Source of the DNA: Octopus sinensis
Lineage: Eukaryota
Direction: 5' to 3'
NCBI RefSeq assembly: GCF_006345805.1
Contig: NC_043011.1
Coordinates: forward strand, 50,604,464-50,668,463
Length of the DNA stretch: 64,000 nt
The position numbers and the translations under genes were made by a program. Numbering within the stretch: position 1 is the stretch's first letter; every line of letters begins with the position of its first letter. A model generated the notes under the pieces. The model saw only the letters and a list, made by a program, of their open reading frames with translations, did not search any database and was not told where the DNA came from. This document shows positions 13,511-24,512 of the stretch, piece after piece.

Positions 13511-13537
13511 GGATGGATGGATAGATAGATAGATTTC
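13400..13537. repeat. (AGAT)n/(AGAC)n microsatellite
   Basis: Visible tandem run. Confidence 0.97.
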
Positions 13538-13858
13538 ACTTGGGCGCAGCAATCTTAATAACCTGATGTTAGAACTTTATGTCGATATGCTTCAGAATAA
13601 AGCGTTAGTCAATTACAGAGGCGTAATGTGAAATTAAATGGCAATTAAACAGGGAGTACATGTGTTGATTATGTAATTCCCGTTTCCTTGTCATTTAATT
13701 GTCGACACACACACACGTGTGTGTGTGTTAGTGTATTTACTACTAATACAGACATTTCATCAGTGTTCCACTTGATCCGAAGATGGAACAGCTTGCTCGT
13801 AAAATTAACGTTCAAGTGGCAAAGCATTCTACAGGTACGTGTACTCGTAATGTAGTTA

Positions 13859-14083
13859 AGGCGGCGAGCTGGCAGAAACGTTAGCACGCCGGGCGAAATG
13901 CGTAGCCGTATTTCGTCTGCCGTTACGTTCTGAGTTCAAATTCCGCCGAGGTCAACTTTGCCTTTCATCCTTTCGGGGTCGATAAATTAAGTACCAGTTA
14001 CGCACTAGGGTCGATGAAATCGACTTAATCCGTTTGTCTGTCCTTGTTTGTCCCCTCTGTGTTTAGCCCCTTGTGGGTAGTCA
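13859..14083 (+). mobile_element. SINE family B, full length
   Basis: ggcggcgagctggcagaaacgttagcacgccgggcg head, conserved central core. Confidence 0.92.
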
Positions 14084-14335
14084 AAAATGAATAGTTCTCA
14101 GGGAGATTCAGCATGATGTAGAAGGTAACAAGGTTTGTCCTTTAAAATACAGGAACTACCCGTTTTTGCCAGCCAAAATTGGACTGGATGAATGTGAAAT
14201 AAAATACCATGCTGAAGGACACAGAGCATCGTCGGGAACTGAACTCACGACCTTACGATCATTAGCCGAATACCCGAACCATTAAGTGTGTGTGTGTGTG
14301 TGTGTGTGTGTGGTGTATGGGTGTGTGTGTACATA

Positions 14336-14554
14336 TACTCTTTTACTCTTTTACTTGTTTCAGTCATTTGACTGCGGCCATGCTAGAGCACCGCCTTTAG
14401 TCGACCAAATCGACCCCGGGACTTATTCTTTGTAAGCCCAGTACTTATTCTATCGGCCTCTTTTGCCGAATCGCTAAGTGACGGAGACGTAAACACACCA
14501 GCATCGGTTGTCAAGCAATGCTAGGGGGACAAACACACAAACACATACACACAC

Positions 14555-14599
<45 letters not shown>

Positions 14600-14764
14600 T
14601 ATGACAGGATTCTTTCAGTTTCCATCTACCAAATCCACTCACAAGGCATTGGTCAGCCCGAGGCTATAGCAGAAGACACTTGCCCAAGATGCCACGCAGT
14701 GGGACTGAACCCGGAACCATGTGGTTGGTTAGCGAGCTACTTACCACACAGCCACTCCTGCGCC
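14336..14764 (-). mobile_element. SINE family A, full length
   Basis: Reverse complement of the family A consensus. Confidence 0.92.
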
Positions 14765-14787
14765 TATGTATGTATGTAAGTATATCT

Positions 14788-15120
14788 ATTCATCTATTAT
14801 ATAAAATCCGTTCTGTCTGTCTGAGTGTGTGTCTTCTAGGATCTCGGGCATCCTCCATCCGATTGCGCTCAAATTTGATATGTAGATACCGACGGTATCA
14901 GGGCGTGTATAAGTTTTGAAAAAATTCCAAAAATCGATTCCAGGCGAGAATGCGATCGATAAAGCCGTGGGAACGTGAATTTGTAAAATTGTTTTTCTTG
15001 GAATAGAAAAAAAGTTTATCTTGATTTCTTCTTTTGCTGGTGTCTCAAATTTAGGTTAAATTAGTGTTTCTCAAAGGGGAGGCCTATGGGACGTTCAGAC
15101 AAGTTGTTTTGAGAAAATTT
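14788..15120 (+). mobile_element. Helitron-like 5' fragment
   Basis: tctattatataaaatccgttctgtctgtctg start, typical of non-autonomous Helitron/DINE-like 5' ends. Confidence 0.45.
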
Positions 15121-15181
15121 GATTTAGATGTTTGACGACTCAGCACCGTTCATTGGACGGGGGGAGCGTTTTGCTCGTACA

Positions 15182-15216
<35 letters not shown>

Positions 15217-15224
<8 letters not shown>

Positions 15225-15624
15225 TAAATAAAACATATGCATATATATATACATATATGTACGTACCTACCTCTACATGTATATATACACGCATATATGG
15301 GTACAGGACACCAAAAAAACGTCGAACACAATGAGAAACGAAAACATAAACACAAAACCAAGGAACTGGACATTTTTCTTAAACAACAAAAAATAGAGTA
15401 CAGGACAAATAACACAAGGAAAATTCCCCTTTTGTCCTGTACTCTATTTTTTGTTGTTTAAGAAAAATGCCCAGTTCCTTGGTTTTGTGTTTATGTTTTC
15501 GTTTCTCATTGTGTTCGACGTTTTTTTTGGTGTCCTGTACCCATATATGCGTGTATATATACATGTAGAGGTAGGTACGTACATATATGTATATATATAT
15601 GCATATGTTTTATTTATTAATATA
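15217..15624. repeat. Near-perfect palindrome (~193-bp arms, 21-nt spacer)
   Basis: 15217-15409 is the reverse complement of 15431-15624 with about one substitution and one indel. Confidence 0.95.
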
Positions 15625-15691
15625 TTATATGACGGAACGCACGCATCCATTTCTAAGTAAGATTGTTCTTGATATATATATATACATATAT

Positions 15692-16008
15692 ACCTGGTTC
15701 AATGGTTAGAGCGTCGGGATCACAATTATGAGGCAATCAGTTTAATTCCCGGATCGGTCCGTGTGTTGTTCGTGAGCAAAGCATTTTATTTCACGTTGCT
15801 CCTGTTCACTCAGCTGTAGAAATGAGTTGCGATGTCACTGGTGCCAAGCTGTACGGACCTTTGCATTTCCCTTGAATAACATCAGTGGCGTGGAGAGAGG
15901 AGGCTGGTATGCATGGACGACTGCTGGGATTCCACAACCTTAACCAAATTTGTGCCCTGGAGAGGAACTTTCTAAGTACAATCCCAATGTCATTCATGAG
16001 TCTTTACC
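15692..16008 (+). mobile_element. SINE family E (tRNA head, CORE-like middle)
   Basis: tggttcaatggttagagcg head, cacgttgctcctgttcactcagctgtagaaatgag block; 3' part shared with 42895-43095. Confidence 0.75.
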
Positions 16009-16009
16009 C

Positions 16010-16416
16010 TAAATATATGTATGTATATATATATATGCATAAATATGTATTTATACATACATACATACATACATACATACATACATGCATGCATACACAC
16101 ACTTACATACACACACATACATACATACACGCACTTACATACATACATATATACCTACATACACACATAAATACATACATACATGCATACATATAAACAT
16201 GCATATATACCTACATACACTTACATACATACATATATACCTATATACACACACTTACATACATACATACATACATGCATACATACATGCATACATACAT
16301 GCATGCATACATACATACATACATACATACATACATACATACATACATACATACATACATACATACATACGTATGTATGAGTGTATGTATTATATATAAT
16401 GGGGTAAAGACTCCCT

Positions 16417-16473
<57 letters not shown>

Positions 16474-16550
16474 GGCTAAATTTGATACTTTGCATAAAAC
16501 GAAAACAAGACACAGTATCCTGTCGAGAAATAAATGTATTCCTGAGAATA

Positions 16551-16630
<80 letters not shown>
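16010..16630. repeat. (ACAT)n and (TA)n microsatellite cluster
   Basis: Visible tandem runs. Confidence 0.97.
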
Positions 16631-16634
<4 letters not shown>

Positions 16635-17139
16635 TTAATAAAAAAAAGCATAACAGAAAGAAGCACACTCTAAAAATAAAGCACTAATTATTACAAAAAA
16701 ATATTTTATCTTGGACGCGCAGTTACAAGGATTTGCCTTTGTGGATGCGAAATCTTGTGTAACTCTGTCCAAGATAAAAAAAAATTTGTTGTAACACACA
16801 CACACATATATTCGTTTATTTATTTTAGTCATTGGACTGCAGTCATGCTGGAGCACAATGTTAAAGGGTCTTAGTTGAAGAAATCGATATCAGGATTTTC
16901 CTTTTGTAAGCCTGTTGCTTATTCTCGAACTGCTATTTTTAGCGGAAGCAAACACCAGCATCAGTTGTCATACGCATATATGACGAAGGGGAGGGAAAAG
17001 GTGGCCCTGTGGTACCATGGACATCTCAAAGAGAACGTCGCCCTCGATAGAATAGACGATTACAAAACGGAATAAAGACGCATTGTTCTTCCGACCAGAG
17101 TCAGTTGTCAAGGAAGGAGAATAATTAGAAAGGAGAGGA

Positions 17140-17312
17140 AATGACGTCAGGAAGGGACCGGAAGTATGATGTCAGGAAGCCAGGGGTTGAAGACGTCTTT
17201 ATTCCTACAGTATCTGCGATGATGCCAAGTCGTGTGCTGGAAACGGCCGCAGAGTAGAATATGTGAGTACACTTCCTTAAAGTAATCTGGTGAGAATTTG
17301 AAAGAACTTGAA
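17140..17312 (+). promoter_or_regulatory. Candidate promoter and first non-coding exon upstream of ZNF-1
   Basis: CRE TGACGTCA (17142-17149), ETS CCGGAAGT (~17158-17165) and a downstream donor-like GTGAGT (~17263). Confidence 0.4.
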
Positions 17313-17369
17313 GGGGAAGCTGTTGACAGAAAGGGGACAAAGAAAAACCCTTGAACGAAATCAATCACT

Positions 17370-17975
17370 CAGTAGAGCCATCTGTTAGAGAATTAAAGAA
17401 ATACAATCAGATAAAGGGAAATAACTTCTACAACACTTCAACCAAGGTCCAAGTAAATCAATTAGGATGGTTAATTACTGAACTATGACTCGTTTATATG
17501 TGAATATGGTAAATTGACAAAGGTTTACGGTACTACTAGCGAACAGTGGTTCCGGTGCGCGCACTCGTGCTAGCTAGTCGTAAGTAGTCGATCCTACAAT
17601 GACTTTTTAACCCTAACCCTAACCTTAGTTTGTTGTTTATAAAAATTGGCATAGTTTCAAAAAAAATTATATACATTGTTTTAAAAAATTATTTATTTAC
17701 TTAGTTTAAAAAATTATTTACTTTGTTCGAAAAACATTATTTAATTTTCTTTGATATGTATTCAGCCTTGAAATACAAACATACGCGCAAGTCGTTGTAG
17801 GATCGACTACTTACGACTAGCTAGCACGGATGCGCGACTGTGCGTGTGCGCGCACCGGGACCACTGTTCACTAGTAGTACCAAGATTTCCTTTAAGGCTG
17901 TAATCATGATAATAATAATACTAATGATAATAGATTTATGTGAACCTCTCGATGTTGGAGTAATTATTTCGAAGC
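17370..17975 (+). repeat. ZNF-associated upstream module (copy 1), interrupted by a MITE
   Basis: Reverse complement of ~49310-49575 and 48530-48760; same orientation as 27060-27335. Confidence 0.8.
17529..17881. mobile_element. MITE with ~70-bp imperfect TIRs and internal (CCCTAA) repeats
   Basis: ggtactactagcgaacagtgg...gatcctacaatgact mirrored by agtcgttgtaggatc...ccactgttcactagtagtacc; absent from the paralogous modules. Confidence 0.85.
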
Positions 17976-18456
17976 GGGAACCTGACGGCGATCCTTCGGT
18001 ATACGTATCGTAACTACCGGAAGTGGCTTTGTTTACATCTCTGAAGATAACAGAAACCCTTTTCTCCTAACCCTAACCCCCACATATGTATAAAAAAAAA
18101 AACACTTTCTTGAAATGTATCCGGTACCTATACCGACGTTACGCCATCCCACCCTCCAAATTTCTGAAAACAATTCCTTTTGGCAAAATACGGAGATTAT
18201 GATTGTGGAAAAAAAAATTTTTTACAGGACATTTTGGGTATGGGGAAGTAATTAACAAAGATTTTAATGAAGCATATAACCAACTGCTCTTAAAATTTAA
18301 GATTTTAAAACTATTTAACTTACATTACGCAGTTAAAGGGCAGTACTGTATATCTTCTGCCTCCGGATTTGTGATGAAGGGGTGTATATTATTTTACTGC
18401 CCCAATAAAAAATTGGTGCAGAATTTTTCGTTTTTGTTTTCTGTAGCAGAGATAAA

Positions 18457-18600
18457 TATTAGGTTGTCCCAAAAGTTCGTAAACACTTGCGAAAATTGAA
18501 TTTTTACTCGCCAAGTACTAACAAAAACAACAAAAATTATTCCTCAAAATAAAGACCATTATTTTCCAAGACTTTCTACGAACTTTTGGGACAACCTTAT
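18457..18600. mobile_element. Mariner-type MITE (~140 bp)
   Basis: TIRs aggttgtcccaaaagttcgta / tacgaacttttgggacaacct in TA context. Confidence 0.85.
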
Positions 18601-18779
18601 AAATAAATACTTGGCCAGGTCCTGGTGTAAGATAGTTTGAACGAATACCCAGCCTTTTTTAACCGTTTCTTTTAAATCTTGCCAAAAACATTTGATATCT
18701 TGTGTGCGTATGTGTGGTGTCAACAAAATTTTTTTGCGGTTTATTATGTAATGTTGACAACCCAGTGTTTATAGGCGTA

Positions 18780-18931
18780 GGAGTGGCTGTGTGGTAATTA
18801 GCTTGCTTACGAACTACATGGTTCCGGGTTCAGTCTCACTACGTGGCACCTTGGGCAAGTGTCTTCTACTATAGCCTCGACCAAAGCCTTGTGACTGGAT
18901 TTGGTAGATGGAAACTGAAAGAAGCCCATCG

Positions 18932-18962
<31 letters not shown>

Positions 18963-19305
18963 CGAAATCGACCAACATCAATGGAAATTGCAGCTGTGAT
19001 ACCAGTGCTGGTGGTACATAAGAAAACCATCCGAACGTGGCCGTTGCCAGCGCCGCCCCGACTGGCACGTAAAAGGCACCATCCGATCGTGGCCGTTGCC
19101 AGCCTCACCTGGCCCCCGTGCCGGTGGTACATAAAAGCACTCACTACACTCACGGAGTGGTTGGCGTTAGGAAGGGCATCCAGGCGTAGAAGCATTGCCA
19201 GATCAGACTGGGCCTGGTGCAGCCTTCTGGCTTCCCAGACCCCAGTTGCACCGTCCAACCCATGCTAGCATGGAAAGCGGATGCTAAACGATGATGATGA
19301 TGATG
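18780..19305 (+). mobile_element. SINE A head followed by a family C element (RTE-type 3' tail)
   Basis: Family A 5' part to ~18935, then ...ggcatcc...catgctagcatggaaagcgg..aaacgatgatgatg tail. Confidence 0.85.
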
Positions 19306-19844
19306 ATGTGTGCGTATGTATATGTTTGTATGTCTGTGTTTATTCCGTGGGTGTTTAGACTTAATGCATGCTTTTATTCCATTAGGTCTTGTTTGTCTTG
19401 AAATGATTGGTAATGTATGTCTGAAGTCCCATGATAAAACTAATGTAACTCCTCCCATAGATTTACAATTGTGAGTGAAATACCCTAACCACTAAGCCAT
19501 GCCACTTCACAGGTGAAACAAATGAAGGAGAGAAGAGAAAGAAAACAGATAAATAATTAGAGAAATGTTGAAGCGATTCATCTATATACAGGATGTTGGA
19601 AAACTTTCAAAGCCTCAATGGATTCTGACCCATGCAAATGTAGGCATTAAATGGATGACAGTGTTGATGTTGTAATATTTGCAATGTTGAATTACTATGT
19701 CGTTTAATCATTCTCTTTATCTCACTGCTTCTTTTTCTTATTTCAGAATATCACATCATGTTGACGTTAAAGAAATTTCTTCATTCAGATGTGCCTCTGA
19801 TATTTTTATTTACTTTCATCAATTAAAGGAAGACCATATATTCA

Positions 19845-20100
19845 TAATGGAACAAACTGCCAGCATCAGTTGTTAGTTGTCGGAGCACTGCATCCTTCAA
19901 AACTTCCATGCTTCCTGAGATTTGCCAACACTACACTTGATTTTCTCCCCTCCATACACATGCAAGCATGTATCTGACTCATACACTGTTCGCTTTCCAG
20001 ACATTTCTACATTACTGCATGTACTTTATATGCACTTTCTGACAAGTTGTGGTGCACCTGAGCACTGTATACAATAATTTCATTATAAAAAAAAAAAATA
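19845..20100 (+). mobile_element. CR1/L2-type LINE 3' end inserted in the ZNF-1 5'UTR
   Basis: WNKLPASVVSCRSTASFKTSMLPEICQHYT* plus 3'UTR and A-tail; matches 39860-40110; absent from ZNF-2 and ZNF-3. Confidence 0.85.
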
Positions 20101-20432
20101 AGGCACATTCATCAACGCATCAACTTCTTTGTATAAATGAAATCTTCAGCAAACGATGGGAAAATATTTCTTCTGGACAATGTAATTAAGAGCAACATTT
20201 CTGTTGTCTTCACTGTCTGGAATGTAGAGGAGATCGTCAATTTACAGGTTAATTAACTTACTGGTTAATTAAGTTTACATCTTCTGTTTTGGATATTAAG
20301 CAAGATCACGGATGAAAGAAACATAGCATTAAACTATTCCCCGAAAATACTGACACAACTGAACACAGATATATTCATAGAAATGAAAAATTTATTATCG
20401 TTGTGATATGTATGACAAATTATTATCTCATA

Positions 20433-21332
20433 ATGGAAAATTTAACTAAACCAAAAATCCCTGATACAAGAGAGAAGCCACATCAGTGTGATATCTGTGG
20501 TAAGTCATTCTCTGAAAAAAGAGTCTTAACCAAACACAAAGGCATTCATACAGGAGAGAAACCCCATCACTGTGATGTTTGTGGTAAATCGTTCTCTCAA
20601 AGTGGTCACTTGACCAGTCACGTGCGTACGCATACAGGAGAGAAGCCATATCATTGCGATATCTGTGGTAAGTCATTCTCCCGTAGTAGTCACTTGATGA
20701 GTCACAATCGTATTCATACTGGGGAAAAACCATATCACTGTGATACCTGTGGTAAATCATTTTCTCAAAATAACACTTTGATTAATCACAAACGTGTTCA
20801 TACAGGAGAGAAGCCATATCGTTGTGACGTCTGTGGTAAATCGTTTTCTGAAAATAGTAAATTGACTAATCACAAACGTGTTCATACTGGGGAAAAACCA
20901 TATCAGTGTGATATCTGTGGTAAATCATTTTCTGAAAATAGTACTTTAACCACTCACAATCGTATTCATACTGGGGAAAAACCATATCAGTGTGATATCT
21001 GTGGTAAATCATTTTCTGAAAATAGTACTTTAACTAGTCACAAGCGTATTCATACAGGAGAGAAGCCATATCATTGTGACATCTGTGGTAAATCTTTCTC
21101 TCAAAGTGGTGACTTGACTAAACACAAACGTACACATACTGGAGAGAAGCCATATCAGTGTGATATCTGTGGTAAATCATTCTCTGGAAGTGGTGCCTTG
21201 CTTAAACACAAACGTACACACACAGGAGAGAAATCGTTTCATTGTAATATCTGTGGTAAATCATTCTCCAGAAATTGTCATATGACTAGTCACAAACGTA
21301 TTCATACAGGGGAAAAAACCCTATCGATGTGA
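20433..21332 (+). CDS. C2H2 zinc-finger protein ZNF-1 (10 fingers, no effector domain)
   Basis: ORF 20403-21332 with ten CxxC...HxxxH repeats and TGEKPY linkers; ATG 20433 is homologous to the paralogs (alternative ATG 20412); acceptor ttatttcag at 19746 shared with paralogs. Confidence 0.92.
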   Translation: MENLTKPKIPDTREKPHQCDICGKSFSEKRVLTKHKGIHTGEKPHHCDVCGKSFSQSGHLTSHVRTHTGEKPYHCDICGKSFSRSSHLMSHNRIHTGEKPYHCDTCGKSFSQNNTLINHKRVHTGEKPYRCDVCGKSFSENSKLTNHKRVHTGEKPYQCDICGKSFSENSTLTTHNRIHTGEKPYQCDICGKSFSENSTLTSHKRIHTGEKPYHCDICGKSFSQSGDLTKHKRTHTGEKPYQCDICGKSFSGSGALLKHKRTHTGEKSFHCNICGKSFSRNCHMTSHKRIHTGEKTLSM

Positions 21333-21570
21333 TATCTGTGGTATATCCTGTTCTGAAAATAATACATTAACTAGTCACAAGCATACACATACAGGAGAGA
21401 AGCCATATCATTGTAATATCTGCGGTAAATCATTCTCTAGAAATAGTCAATTGACTAGTCACAAACATATACATACTGAGGGAAAACCATATCATTGTAA
21501 TATCTGTGGTGAGTCATTCTTTGAAAAAGGCCTCTTAAGTACACATGTGAGTATTCATACACAAGTGTAA
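21319..21570 (+). other. Three further C2H2 fingers in the +1 frame after an extra A
   Basis: Removing one A from the run at 21313-21318 gives [72 protein letters not shown], then TQV*. Confidence 0.9.
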
Positions 21571-22012
21571 CCATATCAGTATTAAAATTTAATTAAACAT
21601 GACAAAAATTATGAATATTTTGTCTGCTAAAAGCCAGGGTTTATTCCTCTTCAAGCTTAACATTATCAACTTCAGTTTCTTGGATGTCAGCATGAAATTC
21701 ATGAATCACAACTTCCATATCATTTTATATGTCTAAATATATCAACACAGAGATGACTTTGATTTCTAAAGATGATTGTGCTGGATTTTTGAGGAATTTG
21801 TTATAAGAGAATAAAGGAATGGGAATAAGGAATAAAAGTTTTAAGTGACATTGAATTTGCCGTTGTTATGTTTTCATCATCATCATAATCATCCTTTAAC
21901 ATCCATTTTTATGCAGGTATGGGTGGGAAAGTGTGACAGGAGCCATCAAACCAGAGTGATCCTCCCGGTTCCAGTCAGATTTGGCTTGGTTTCTTTGGCT
22001 GTATGCCCTTAA

Positions 22013-22331
22013 CCCTTTTGTTACTAACCCAGCCAAAACCGGCTCTGGCTCTGTGATAAAATGTCTTTTATTATTTAAATTGACTATTTTATTTCTTAAT
22101 AAGTGTATTAACCCTTTTGTTACCAACCCAGCTGAAACCGGCTCTGGCTCTGTGATAAAATGTCTTGTTTTCATAAGTTTTGAATTAAAATATTCCACCA
22201 AGCCTTAGTCACAATTTATGTTCCAAACACTAGCTTAATGATAACTAAGTTATTTTACAAAATTCTTTGTTATATTTAAAATGATTGAAAGAAACACAGA
22301 GCATCTCAAAATAAATACAGTAATGAAAGGG
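22013..22331. mobile_element. piggyBac-type MITE (TTAA|CCCTTT...AAAGGG|TTAA) with a tandem partial copy
   Basis: Complete unit 22112-22331 and partial 22013-22107; homologs at 30550-30768 and 63911-64000. Confidence 0.8.
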
Positions 22332-22589
22332 TTAAGATGCGTAGCGTATTTTATAAATATGCCTGTCCCACTATCATAATAGCATGAAACTAATAGTAGC
22401 TCTTTCAGTCGTGTATTTAATTTGATATATTAGATTGAGTAAAAAGTAAGCAACGTTTTGAATCATGAAGAATTTGTACCAGGTTTTTGCAGAGTTTTGA
22501 ATTTTTCTAAAACATCTTTTTGAAATTGTCTTATAATACAAACACAGCCTTGTCCAAATGCACTAATAAATTAACATTTGTATTTTTTT

Positions 22590-24110
22590 CACTGTTACAA
22601 TCATCTGAAATGGAACTGTGAAAGTGCGATATTCGAGCATTATGTTATTGAACTTCTAAAAGGGACATAAAGCAGCTGAAACTGCTTTCAATATCAACGA
22701 AACATTTGGTGAGGAAATGAGCAGTGAGTGGTCAGGTTGAAAATGGCTTAAACGATTTCACAGTGGAGACCTGAGCCATAAAGATCGTGAGCATAGTGGA
22801 CGCTCATCTGTTATCAATTAAAGACTGTCATTGAGAGAGATCCACGTGGAACCACTCAAGGACTGGCAAAAGAACTACAAGGTAGAAAACTACCTGCAAC
22901 CATTTGCATGCAATTGAAAAATCAAAAAGCTTGACAAATGGATATCACACAATTTGAATGAAAATCAGAAAATGCTTAGATAAGAAATTGCTCATTGCTT
23001 CTTCTCTGTAACCAGGCTGATCTATTTCTCAACCATATTGTAACTTGTGATGAAAGGTGGATTCTGTACAATAATAAAAAATGGGATATTTTCGGTTTGA
23101 ACGGCAGTTTTTTCTAGCGGTATCATATGAAATTGTCACCCATAATTATGACTCTAGTATCGATCTATTGCATTTCAATCTCATTTAGGGGTGGGGGGAA
23201 GGGTATCTTTTTTTCTACACAAATGTAAATAAACCCAATCTGTTTCTTAAACGAGGGACATATTCATAAGGCACAGAACGTTTTTTTTTACCTCAAATAG
23301 ACGTCAGTGATTGGTTGAAATTGCAGAAATTGAAGAAAAAAAACAACAAATATCTTACAAACTACAGAATTTTCTCAATAAAGCCAAGAGAAAAGGGTGT
23401 TTTATAAACACATTCTACCAGTATACGAAGTTTAAAATTTTCTAGTTACCTAGAAATTATGTTAAAAACTGCCGTTCAAACCAAAGAGATCCAAAAAATG
23501 TTCTTCGCATTGATTGGACCAAAATGAAGCACCGAAAGCCTTCCCTGTATCTGAGCTCTTCAAGAAGGTTATGGTGACAATTTGGTGGTGTACTGCTGGA
23601 CTCATCCACTATAACTTCATAAAACCCAGAAAAAACCAATACTACAGAAACATATTGTCATGGAATTGCCAAAATGAATGAAAAACTGCTACTCCTCCAT
23701 CCTGGACAGGTCAACAGAAGAGGGCCAATCATTCTTCATGACAATGTTTGACCACACGTTTCACTAATAATGCTCCAGAAGTTGAGGGAACTTGGCTACG
23801 CAGTTCTTCCCAACCCAGCTTATTCCCCCAGACCTTTCTCCTACCGACTACCACTTTTTCAAGCACCTTGATGGTTTCCTGTGGGAGCAGGAGTTCAAAA
23901 ATCAAACCGATGCTGAAAGTGCATTCAAAGAATTCATCAACTTTGGAAGTCCAGATTTTTATATTACCAGAATAAACAAACTTGTAACTTGTTGGCAAAA
24001 ATGTGTTGATTGTAATGATAATTTCTTTGATGAATAGAATTTTCACCATATAGAAATATATTGTGATGAATTTCATGTTTAGAAACATTGCTTCCTTTTC
24101 ACTCAGCCTG
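22590..24110 (+). mobile_element. Degenerate mariner (DD34D-type) transposase pseudogene
   Basis: HKAAET..NINETFG, IVTCDERWILYNN, ILHDN..PH, SPDLSPTDYHFFKHL..., WQKCVD..D.FFDE across frameshifts. Confidence 0.9.
23085..23490. mobile_element. MITE with GGAT-type TIRs and an 8-bp TSD (Merlin-like), nested in the mariner
   Basis: ggatattttcggtttgaacggcagtttt / aaaactgccgttcaaaccaaagagatcc with aaaaaatg on both sides. Confidence 0.85.
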
Positions 24111-24285
24111 AACACAATATCAGTCTGATAACTAAAATAAGTGTATACAAATCTTGAATTTTGGGCATATTTTTGTATGGAACAGAAGCATGGACTACCT
24201 TCTGCAGACAAATAAGGAAATTTGAAACTTTTTGCATGGGTTGCTTGCTCAACATATACCACAAAATGGTAAGATATCAAATAAG

Positions 24286-24512
24286 GTGACGAGCTGGCAG
24301 AATCGTTAGCACGCCAGGTGAAATGCTTAGCGGTATTTCGTCTGCCGTTACATTCTGAGTTCAAATTCCACCAAGGTCGACTTTCATCCTTTCGGGGTCG
24401 ATAAATTAAGTACCAGTTATGCACTGGGGTCGATGTAATTGACTTAATCCATTTGTCTGTCCTTGTTTGTCCTCTTTGTGTTTAGCCCCCTTGTGGGTAG
24501 TAAAGAAATAGG
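24286..24512 (+). mobile_element. SINE family B
   Basis: Consensus head and core. Confidence 0.9.

Noticed and set aside
19747-20432. KRAB, BTB or other effector exon upstream of the fingers
   Set aside because: The leader has stops in the frames examined and I found no such motif; a distant coding exon cannot be excluded without RNA data.
20446-20760. Antisense ORFs over the ZNF genes (also 32110-32592 and 46226-46624)
   Set aside because: Shadow frames of the 84-bp finger repeat.
21309-21321. AAAAAAC as a -1 ribosomal frameshift site
   Set aside because: The heptamer is out of phase with the ORF and a +1 shift, not -1, is needed to reach the downstream fingers.
20460-21570. Regular 84-bp repeat with variable middles, superficially CRISPR-like
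   Set aside because: In-frame C2H2 fingers; eukaryotic context and no cas genes.
23729-24424. 231-aa minus-strand ORF and the recurring MRNWYLIYRPRK ORFs
   Set aside because: Antisense read-through of SINE B plus flanking DNA.
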